From a virus, in the IMG/VR virus record IMGVR_UViG_3300028883_000048, positions 2,584-66,583 of that record: a stretch of DNA of 64,000 nt; one strand, 5' to 3'. The notes under the pieces are model-generated. The model saw nothing but the letters and a program-made list of their open reading frames with translations, was not told where the DNA came from and did no database searches. Shown here piece by piece: positions 30,991-39,100 of the stretch; positions within the stretch are counted from its first letter, which is position 1; each line of letters starts with the position of its first letter. A program made the translations under genes and the position numbers.

Positions 30991-31446
30991 ATGGCTATAT
31001 ATAAAAAAACATATTCTGACCCCCCGGGTGATGACACCTATGTTGTGATAGGCAGAGCTGAACCAATCCCGGCTGATAAACTCGACCCGGGCAACAAGTA
31101 CGATGACGGTAAAGTTAGATATGATCTTATTCCGCCTTATGTTTTAAATCAGATCGCTCAGGTTTTTACCTATGGGGCGAATAAATATGATCCCCATAAT
31201 TGGGAGAAGGGGATTAGATGGTCGCGGCTTATAGGGGCTATCTATCGACATATCGAAGCATTCAGGAACGGCGAGGAAATTGACCCGGAGTCTGGCCTAC
31301 CTCACCTGTCTCACGCTCTTACCGAGTTGGTCATGCTCGCCCAGATGGTCAAGATATTCCCCCAAGGTGATGATCTTGAGATTAAACCAATTACGGATGT
31401 TAAATTTCGGATGGATTTCGACAATGAGCCCGACCTCGCATACTGA
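30991..31446 (+). CDS. dATP/dGTP diphosphohydrolase (DUF5664-like)
   Basis: K.D.GK.R.DLIP...TYGA.KY...NW.KG...RH...GE..D.ESGLPHL.HA. Confidence 0.88.
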   Translation: MAIYKKTYSDPPGDDTYVVIGRAEPIPADKLDPGNKYDDGKVRYDLIPPYVLNQIAQVFTYGANKYDPHNWEKGIRWSRLIGAIYRHIEAFRNGEEIDPESGLPHLSHALTELVMLAQMVKIFPQGDDLEIKPITDVKFRMDFDNEPDLAY

Positions 31447-31945
31447 TAAGCTTCCGGTCATGTTAAAATTCCCGGCTATTCCCAAGTCGGGTAACGCCTA
31501 TAAGATCGGTTCCCGGGGACAAGCTAAAGCTCTAACCGAATATCATAAACAATGGCAACTGCTCTGTCAGGTCGCTCATAACAAGGCCGGGCGCCCGTTA
31601 ATTCGAGTGCCCGTGATCTGTACGCCTGTCTGTGTTCGATGGCATAAACGTTACTGGTATGATGATCAAGACCTCTGGTGGGGGTTAAAACCCATCATCG
31701 ATAATTTGACAATGCCGAAGAAGAAAAACCGCAGGGGTCAGATGACTTTCGGGCTCGGGATGTTGGAAGACGATAAACATAATCAGTTTAAGACCGGGGT
31801 GCCAGTTTGGATAAAACCATCACAAAAAGAAAACGATCGGATGATACTGTTCTTTGATCGAATATCAATCCAAGACCATCAAGGCCTATGGCCGGAGGAA
31901 TATTTTAATAAGGTTTGGAACAACAACAAAGGACAAGAGAGATGA
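31424..31945 (+). CDS. RusA-like resolvase-fold protein
   Basis: P..P.S.N...D.QDL...LKP.ID.L...G..EDD. Confidence 0.55.
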   Translation: MSPTSHTDKLPVMLKFPAIPKSGNAYKIGSRGQAKALTEYHKQWQLLCQVAHNKAGRPLIRVPVICTPVCVRWHKRYWYDDQDLWWGLKPIIDNLTMPKKKNRRGQMTFGLGMLEDDKHNQFKTGVPVWIKPSQKENDRMILFFDRISIQDHQGLWPEEYFNKVWNNNKGQER

Positions 31946-32223
31946 TAAGGAGGTTCAAAATGACCAAACATCTATCAAGTAAATGCCCTGTTTTTGTTTA
32001 TAAGGGATATCGGGGTAAGAAGCGGTTACCCCGAAAGAGCCCATCGTATATGTTTCTAAACGAGACCGACAAAGAGGGTTATTTCCTATTGTTAGCTCGC
32101 GCTTGGGATGAAGACGAGGAAATGGCATTCTTTTATAGCGAAGAAATTACGCCAGAGGATTTGGCTAAAGACTTTAAAGTCTTTAAGGAAATGACAATTA
32201 ATGAATTTATAAAGGCCGAATAA
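31942..32223 (+). CDS. hypothetical protein
   Basis: operon packing; AAGGAGG SD before alternative start MTKH. Confidence 0.55.
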   Translation: MIRRFKMTKHLSSKCPVFVYKGYRGKKRLPRKSPSYMFLNETDKEGYFLLLARAWDEDEEMAFFYSEEITPEDLAKDFKVFKEMTINEFIKAE

Positions 32224-32396
32224 TGAGAGGACGAAGGGCAAACAAAGAGATAGAAGAGCGCAATCAGAGACTGAGAGAAGAATTTGAATCCCGTATGGGA
32301 GCCGAGGTTAATACTCATGCGCTGGCTCGTAAGCTGATACGTAAACACCAGCTTAACATCAGCGTTCGACACCTGTTGAGGATATGCGGTTATTAA
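32223..32396 (+). CDS. Mor/C-like HTH transcription activator (57 aa, not in ORF track)
   Basis: MRGRRANKEIEERNQRLREEFESRMGAEVNTHALARKLIRKHQLNISVRHLLRICGY; TAATG coupling; last gene before late region. Confidence 0.6.
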   Translation: MRGRRANKEIEERNQRLREEFESRMGAEVNTHALARKLIRKHQLNISVRHLLRICGY

Positions 32397-32459
32397 ACAT
32401 AGACAATTAATTCATGTCAGAGTTCTGACATTATATCAATTAATAATTGCGCAAAGTCT

Positions 32460-32802
32460 CTGACCTTTTTACGCTGGTCATATATAAATGGAGCCATAGG
32501 CTCTGACATTGTGTTCTCCTTTGCTAATAGATGGAGAGAGTCGCTATGACCAGCGTTGTTTACAGTGATGCTTGCTTATCCGACCAAAGCGATGGGTTTA
32601 CCCCCCTGCCCATCGGTGATAATAGTTCCTTTTTACGTCGTTTATTTTCTGTCATACTAACCCCTTTATTTACCCGCTTTTTTCATCATGGCGACTCTCA
32701 ATTTGATGTCACTGATGCTTTTCTTCATATAAATCTCTCTTTCCTTTTGTGTAGGGTTAATTATCGCTGGCTGATCCTCTCGGGTTGGTCAGCGATTTCT
32801 TC
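32460..32802 (+). ncRNA. candidate structured regulatory/antisense RNA or late-operon leader
   Basis: long-range stems 32535-32548/32686-32699 and 32471-32482/32545-32556; hairpin 32590-32615; 15-bp terminal hairpin with G-U pairs on + strand only. Confidence 0.55.
32763..32802 (+). terminator. strong hairpin with pyrimidine tail upstream of late operon
   Basis: ATCGCTGGCTGATCC-TCTC-GGGTTGGTCAGCGAT-TTCTTC. Confidence 0.55.
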
Positions 32803-32814
32803 TCGAGGTTGTTT

Positions 32815-33459
32815 ATGACAACTAAGAAAAAACTATTGACCAGAACAAAGAGCAAGGCAAAGCCCGATAATCCTCTTGATGTTAAGATCATCGAGTCGGT
32901 TGATATTGACATCAATAGCCTGAAACCTCATCCCCTACAGGCTGATTGTCGGACAATAAGTGAGGCTGAATTCAATGCCCTTGTTGAGCATATTAAACTC
33001 CGAGGTTATGGCGACCGAATAAAGGTCAATGTCAAGACAAACCGGATTATTGACGGACATTCACGTTGGAAAGCCCTTAAGAAATTAGGATTTAAGACCA
33101 TCCCGGTTGAGGCCTATGACCTTCATGGACTTGAAGAGGATGCGGCCTTTATATCCTTCAATGGCAATATGTTTCGAGGTCATTTCAAACCAAAGATCGG
33201 AGAGATTTTAAACGAGATAGAGGCCGGGCTCCCTGACCTATACGCCGATCTGTGCTTTGAGACCGTCAAGCTCGATATCGTAGTTGATGAATGGCAAGCT
33301 GATATCGATAAGATGGAAAATCTTGAACCCAAAGACAGCCTTGATGATGGTCTGGTGACCGTTAAATATATGATGCCCCCTGAGGTGAAGGATGACTTTC
33401 TGGCCTCGGTTGGTAAAATCCTCAACAATAAGCTGTTTCGGGAGGTCAAGGTCGCATGA
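32815..33459 (+). CDS. ParB-like N-terminal domain protein
   Basis: I..LKPHP...L.E.I...G....I.V.....IIDGH.R..A...LG. Confidence 0.85.
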   Translation: MTTKKKLLTRTKSKAKPDNPLDVKIIESVDIDINSLKPHPLQADCRTISEAEFNALVEHIKLRGYGDRIKVNVKTNRIIDGHSRWKALKKLGFKTIPVEAYDLHGLEEDAAFISFNGNMFRGHFKPKIGEILNEIEAGLPDLYADLCFETVKLDIVVDEWQADIDKMENLEPKDSLDDGLVTVKYMMPPEVKDDFLASVGKILNNKLFREVKVA

Positions 33460-34277
33460 TAGCGAATGTATTGGTCTCTTATGCTTATTGGAATGATCAG
33501 GTTCTGGAACTTAAAAAGATACCTGAGGACAATCTTAGGCTTGTTATTGATAGCGGGGCTTTTACAGCTCATACATCGGGCAAGCCCATAAAACTCGACG
33601 ACTATTGTCATTTTATAAAGAATATACCGATCAAACCATGGCGATATTTTAATCTCGATGTAATCGGTGACCCCAAGGCGACTTATGAAAATTATAAGAT
33701 CATGCTCGATCGGGGTTTTAAGCCGATTCCTATTTTTACTCCCGGCGAAGATTGGTCGATGTTTGATAAATTTTATAAAACCTCAGATGTTGTCGGTATT
33801 GGGGGACTGGTTGGTTCGGGGAAAAAGAAAATTAATTACATTAAGCGAGCCATGCAGGTTGTCGGTGATCGCCGAGTTCACCTGCTTGGTGTTTCTCATG
33901 GTGATATTATTGCTTATTTTAAGCCCTATATGTGTGATTCATCCGATAACAGCACAGCTCGCAGGTATGGTGTCCTCATGCTTTATCATGGTAATAATGT
34001 TTGGAGTAAAATTAAAAGAAAAAGTATGAGCGATTTACCTTCGCCCCAAATTCAAAGAGCTATAAGGTCGTATGGCTATGACCCCGTAATGCTGGGCAGG
34101 GAACATAATTGGCGGGGCACATGGTCTTATGCTAATTTACTCACAAGGCAGTGTTATTTAAGGTATAGTGTTGAAGTGGAAATTATATTTAATACTCGAT
34201 ATTTCATGGCAATACAAGGGAGTGAAATCCCTGAGATTGTAGAGGTGTTCAATAGAGAGGTGAAACTTGCCGCGTAA
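33456..34277 (+). CDS. dpdA: DpdA-type DNA transglycosylase (TGT-like)
   Basis: IDSGAFT, NLDVIGD, IP.F, GIGGLV, VHLLG, DSS; adjacent to que genes. Confidence 0.8.
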   Translation: MIANVLVSYAYWNDQVLELKKIPEDNLRLVIDSGAFTAHTSGKPIKLDDYCHFIKNIPIKPWRYFNLDVIGDPKATYENYKIMLDRGFKPIPIFTPGEDWSMFDKFYKTSDVVGIGGLVGSGKKKINYIKRAMQVVGDRRVHLLGVSHGDIIAYFKPYMCDSSDNSTARRYGVLMLYHGNNVWSKIKRKSMSDLPSPQIQRAIRSYGYDPVMLGREHNWRGTWSYANLLTRQCYLRYSVEVEIIFNTRYFMAIQGSEIPEIVEVFNREVKLAA

Positions 34278-34995
34278 ATCTGAAAAGGTTGATAAGCTTA
34301 TGCTCCCGGATAAGATATTTCTCGAAGAGGGGGCAATCGTTTTACTGAGTGGCGGTCTGGACTCCACGACTGTTTTGGCTTATGCTCAAAAGCTTCATGG
34401 TGCGATATTGGCTATAAGTTTCGATTACGGCCAGAGACATAAAATCGAATTACAAAGAGCCAGTAAAATAGCATCTAAATATGGCGTTGCTTATACTGTT
34501 GTTAATCTCCCGTTTTTTAAAAAGATCGGGCACTCTGCCTTAACTGATCTCAAAATTGATGTCCCCGAAAATAGATCAGAGATCGGTGATGATCTTCCGG
34601 CAACTTATGTTCCAGCTCGAAATATTGTGTTTCTCTCAACCGCTTTAGCTTATGCTACAGCTTTACACGCCAAACGGATTTACATCGGTGCTAATGCTCT
34701 TGATTATTCCGGTTACCCTGATTGCAGACCAAATTTTATAAAACAGTTTGAAACAATGGCGAGACTTGGAACCGACAGCGATATCGTAATTGATGCCCCC
34801 CTGATTGATCTCACTAAAGCGGAAATTATAGAGCTCGGCACCCGGCTGGGAGTTGATTATTCAATGACTTCAAGCTGTTATAATCCTCAGGGTGATCTGG
34901 CTTGTGGGGTTTGTGATAGCTGTTTGCTGAGGAAAAAAGGATTTGCTGAGGCTGGAATTCCAGACCCGACAAAATACATGGAGGCGACTTGTTAG
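34267..34995 (+). CDS. queC: 7-cyano-7-deazaguanine synthase
   Basis: LLSGGLDSTT, FDYGQRH..E, YVPARN, YPDCR, SCY..CG.CDSC..R. Confidence 0.97.
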   Translation: MPRKSEKVDKLMLPDKIFLEEGAIVLLSGGLDSTTVLAYAQKLHGAILAISFDYGQRHKIELQRASKIASKYGVAYTVVNLPFFKKIGHSALTDLKIDVPENRSEIGDDLPATYVPARNIVFLSTALAYATALHAKRIYIGANALDYSGYPDCRPNFIKQFETMARLGTDSDIVIDAPLIDLTKAEIIELGTRLGVDYSMTSSCYNPQGDLACGVCDSCLLRKKGFAEAGIPDPTKYMEATC

Positions 34996-35405
34996 TAACT
35001 AAAGAGTTTCAGTTTTGTGCGGCTCATCGATTGCTTGATTACGCGGGCGCTTGCGCTAACCTACATGGTCATAATTATAAGGTTCATGTGACCCTTATGG
35101 GAGAACCCGGGGCTAATGGTATGGTTGTTGATTTTAAAGAGATTAAAAGGGTTGTTGGTCGTCTTATAGATACCCTTGATCATAATATCCTGATCAACAA
35201 CAGAGATCAGGCGTTGATCGATTTTGTCAATAAGGAATATGAGGCAGGGCGACTTAACAAAACCCCGATGGTTTTAAACTCAGACCCAACTGCCGAATAT
35301 ATTGCTGAGCTGATCAAAGAATACGCGACTGTTAATCTGCCCGATCACGAGGTTTATGGTGTCAAAGTTTGGGAGACAGATACCTGTTATGCAGAAGCGG
35401 TATAA
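34989..35405 (+). CDS. queD: 6-carboxytetrahydropterin synthase
   Basis: F.AAHRL..Y.G.C.NLHGHNY, GMVVDF, LDH, PTAE, VWET. Confidence 0.95.
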   Translation: MLVTKEFQFCAAHRLLDYAGACANLHGHNYKVHVTLMGEPGANGMVVDFKEIKRVVGRLIDTLDHNILINNRDQALIDFVNKEYEAGRLNKTPMVLNSDPTAEYIAELIKEYATVNLPDHEVYGVKVWETDTCYAEAV

Positions 35406-36030
35406 AATAAACGAAATATTTAGATCGATTCAGGGAGAGGGATATCTGGCTGGAACTCCCTGTCTGTTTATCCGCTTTGCTGGTTGTAATATGGCCTGTC
35501 CGTTTTGTGATACCGATCACTCGGTCAAGATGGAATTGACGGCCAATGAGATTTATGGTCGCCTTGTTGAACTCAATCCCAAGGCCAATATCTATTGGGT
35601 TGTTCTGACTGGTGGCGAACCTCTTTTACAGGTCGATACCGGGCTCTTAGAACTGCTTGGCGAATCTTATGAGATAGCCCTTGAGACAAACGGGACAGTA
35701 AAATTAGATGGCGAGCTGATGTTTGAGCATATTGCTTGTTCCCCAAAAGCTCAGCCAAAGGATTTACAGCTCTCGTATTGCCATGAGCTTAAGGTGCTAT
35801 ACCCGCCGATTGAGGACAAAAACGGAAATCCCATTATCCCCGAGAGCTTTGATGATACGACTATTAGTGTTGATGGGGATTGTTTTTTGCAACCAGTTCA
35901 ACCAATCAATCAAGGTCAGGTTGATCATAAAGCTTGGCAGGATAATATCCAGTCGACGGTCGAGAAAGTTCAGGAGCTCCCGGGCTGGCGATTGAGTTTG
36001 CAAATTCACAAAATGATAGGACTGAGATAA
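35389..36030 (+). CDS. queE: 7-carboxy-7-deazaguanine synthase (radical SAM)
   Basis: EIF.SIQGEG, FIRFAGCN..C.FCDT, TGGEP, ETNG, WRLSLQ.HK. Confidence 0.95.
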   Translation: MQKRYKINEIFRSIQGEGYLAGTPCLFIRFAGCNMACPFCDTDHSVKMELTANEIYGRLVELNPKANIYWVVLTGGEPLLQVDTGLLELLGESYEIALETNGTVKLDGELMFEHIACSPKAQPKDLQLSYCHELKVLYPPIEDKNGNPIIPESFDDTTISVDGDCFLQPVQPINQGQVDHKAWQDNIQSTVEKVQELPGWRLSLQIHKMIGLR

Positions 36031-36972
36031 ATGCGAAAAAGATTTGTAACATGGGACGAGATCGACGAGATCATAAAAAAAGGTTTTTTAGATGTCTTTA
36101 ATAGCGCATACGAAGCGAGTAAAAAGGGAAATCCCATCAGGCGTATTCCATCTATTTATGCTATCCCTCGCGGTGGTCTTTATGTGTTGAACCGGATAAG
36201 GGAAATATATCCGAAATTAGATTACCGGGTTATTGACTCCCCTGAATATGCAGACTTGGTTGTTGATGATTTGATTGATTCCGGCAAAACGCTCGATGAG
36301 ATTCTTCGTGTCAATCGTTCATTTACCCCCTTTGTCTTATTCGATAAACGACAAGACAACGAAAAAACCTACTACGTTTTTCCGTGGGAAGATGTTGACA
36401 AGGATGCTCAAGACCTTGTGACCCGAAGAATTGAAATGATTGGCGAAAATCCTCTCAGGGAAGGTCTTGTAAAGACCCCTGAGCGTGTTGTTAGGGCTGA
36501 TAATGAGTTGTTCGCTGGTTATGAGGTAGATACCAAGGGAATGATCGACAAAGCCGTTTTCTCAGACGGCGGTGATCAGATGATTTGTCTTAACAACATC
36601 GAAATATACTCAACCTGTGAACATCATATTTTACCCTTTACAGGTGTTGCTCATGTTGGATATATACCCCGTGATGGTAAGGTCGTAGGCGTTTCCAAAA
36701 TTGCCAGGGTGATCGATGCCTTTGCCCGACGGTTACAGATTCAAGAGCGAATAACAGAACAGACCGCTAAGGCCTTATTTGACAACGAAAAACTTAACCC
36801 CCAAGGTGTTGGTGTTATTATCGAGGCCTTCCATCTCTGCATGAGAGCCAGAGGCGTCGGTAAACAAAGATCGGTTATGACCACTTCGGCGATGCTCGGC
36901 TGTTTTCGAGACAACATCGAGGTCAGAGAGGAATTCATGAGCCTGATCAAACTGACAAAGGCAGGTGTATAG
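36031..36972 (+). CDS. folE: phosphoribosyltransferase-like domain fused to GTP cyclohydrolase I
   Basis: N: IPRGG, VVDDLIDSGKT, FPWE; C: REGL..TP.R, STCEHH..PF.G, G.SK..R, RLQIQE, H.CM..RG. Confidence 0.92.
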   Translation: MRKRFVTWDEIDEIIKKGFLDVFNSAYEASKKGNPIRRIPSIYAIPRGGLYVLNRIREIYPKLDYRVIDSPEYADLVVDDLIDSGKTLDEILRVNRSFTPFVLFDKRQDNEKTYYVFPWEDVDKDAQDLVTRRIEMIGENPLREGLVKTPERVVRADNELFAGYEVDTKGMIDKAVFSDGGDQMICLNNIEIYSTCEHHILPFTGVAHVGYIPRDGKVVGVSKIARVIDAFARRLQIQERITEQTAKALFDNEKLNPQGVGVIIEAFHLCMRARGVGKQRSVMTTSAMLGCFRDNIEVREEFMSLIKLTKAGV

Positions 36973-36975
36973 GGT

Positions 36976-37488
36976 GTGGCAAGAAAACTATCTGACAAAA
37001 AACGTGAGGAGCTTTTTCAGGCTTGGTGTGAACGTCAAAGTGTTACGTTTGTGCGAAAAAAGTGTCGGGTTCATAACACAACTGTCAAACGCTATAAGAA
37101 AATCGATCAATGGGATAAACGACTTGAAGAGGTCAATCGGGAGACGCAAAGAAACCTCCATCAAACAATGGGGCAAAGGCGGGCTCAGGATATCGAGCTC
37201 GCGAGAAATATGCGACTTGGGATTTATAACGAAGTCGCTCAACGAATTAGAAATAGGCGCTTAGAAGATGTTAAATTCTCAGAACTGGTTACGGCTTATG
37301 TCCAACTTCACAAAGACGAGCTCTTGCTCGAGGGCGAGGCGACTGAGCGTACTGATACTGCTGGCAGTGATGACAGCCAGCGTATTCGCGATGCCATCGA
37401 GCCAGTCCTATCAGAGCTTACACCAGATCAACAAAAACGACTCGCGGATAGAATTGCTGATGACTTCGAGCTTAGCGAGCAGGAATGA
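36976..37488 (+). CDS. terS: terminase small subunit
   Basis: N-terminal HTH, helical; precedes TerL. Confidence 0.7.
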   Translation: MARKLSDKKREELFQAWCERQSVTFVRKKCRVHNTTVKRYKKIDQWDKRLEEVNRETQRNLHQTMGQRRAQDIELARNMRLGIYNEVAQRIRNRRLEDVKFSELVTAYVQLHKDELLLEGEATERTDTAGSDDSQRIRDAIEPVLSELTPDQQKRLADRIADDFELSEQE

Positions 37489-39100
37489 GATTGATTCCGA
37501 AACCGGAATAGCTCAAGATATTATAACAGCGATGACCCGGACAAAGTTCGGGCGCCATTGGCTAACCGAGCGATCGGTTAAATGGTTTGCGAAATATTAT
37601 CTTGGAATCAACCTCTATCCCCATCAAGTTGATTGGATAAATCATCTACTTAAACATCGACGGGCTGGTGTATTGGCTCCGGTCTCACATGGCAAGACCG
37701 TTGCTTTGTCAGAGGTTTTGGCTCTTTATCTGGTTGTTCAAAACCGTAATATCAGGATATTATATCTCTCGGCGACTGATGACCTTGCCAAAAAGAACCT
37801 GTCTGTTATAGCTCATCACCTAAAATATAATGAACGATTAATTGAAGATTATGGCGCATTTTATCACCGGGACAAAACTTGGGAAGCCCGCAAATTAACT
37901 GTTGTTAGAGATCGGATATTAAAGGATTGTACCGTTGAATCGATTGGCGCAACTGGTGAAAAGACTGGTGGTCGATATGATGTTATCATCCTCGATGATG
38001 CTGTTACTGAGAAGAATAGTAACACCGCGGCACAGAGGCTTAAACTACATAATATCATATTGGGTACCATAATTCAGCGTCTTGATCGACCCGGCTGGTT
38101 TTGGTTTATCGGTACACGCAAAGATTACGCCGATCTATATAGCGAGTTCTTGGCTCTTAAGGGTATCTGGAATGTCATGATCAATAAGGCCATTATCCGA
38201 TACCCGGAAAAATATGAGCTGGTTGAACTCCCAGAACCTATTGAACACGAAGACGGCACAACCGAAACCCATAGGCTGATCATCGAGGGCGACCCCGGGG
38301 AAGTTCTTGACCCGATTAATCGACCGATGGAATACCTGTTGCTGGAAAAAATGTCTCAGGGTTCCCGGCTGTTTGAGCGTGAATTTCAAAACAATATTAC
38401 TGATAATGAAAATGCATTATTTAAACTCGAATGGCTTGAACAGTGTCGTGATGAGAAGTTTAGCTATGCCAGTTTGGATTATAACATGACAGGCGGTAAG
38501 GTCATTCAGACAGGTTCATTCCCTGATGCCAGTCACGATATTAATAATTATATCGCTAAGATATGTGGAACCGACCCCGCTATTGTAACCGATGAGACCG
38601 AGGCTGAGACCTCTGACAGCTCATATTTTGTAAACTTCACGCTTGGCGTTCATAAGAACGGTAATGTCGATATCTTACACATATTTAAACACCGGGGCAT
38701 GACCCCGAACCAAAAGGTTGAGTTTACAAAACAACATGATCTGGCTGTTGAACCTGATTATCATATGTACGAGAAAAACGCTTTCGGTTCGATGGATATC
38801 TGGAAGATCAGAGATGAGACCAATGTTCCGATTGTTCCCCATCATACTGGAAAGAACAAAAACTCCAGCTTTGAGGGCGTTCCCTATGTCTCTGTTCGGT
38901 TCGAGAACAAGAAGATCAAGTTGCCATATAAGACAACCCGGGATAAACATATAACGAATGATATGATCTCAGAGCTTAACAGGTTCCCGGGCGGTGATCA
39001 CGATGATATGGTAATGGCGTTGTGGATTGCTATGGCTGGCGTAAAGCGCTTTATGCGCTTACAGGAAAAGAAGGCTAAAAAAGCGAAACGGGTAGCATAA
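37459..39100 (+). CDS. terL: terminase large subunit
   Basis: HQ..W, APVSHGKT Walker A, IILDD Walker B, GTDPA and HDDMVMAL nuclease motifs; start uncertain. Confidence 0.9.

Noticed and set aside
32400-32812. preQ1 riboswitch upstream of que genes
   Set aside because: No recognisable preQ1-I stem with A-rich tail; an Infernal scan is needed to exclude it fully.
32531-32818. 95-aa + strand ORF
   Set aside because: No SD, odd Phe/Leu/Ser composition produced by pyrimidine tracts, and it runs through strong hairpins.
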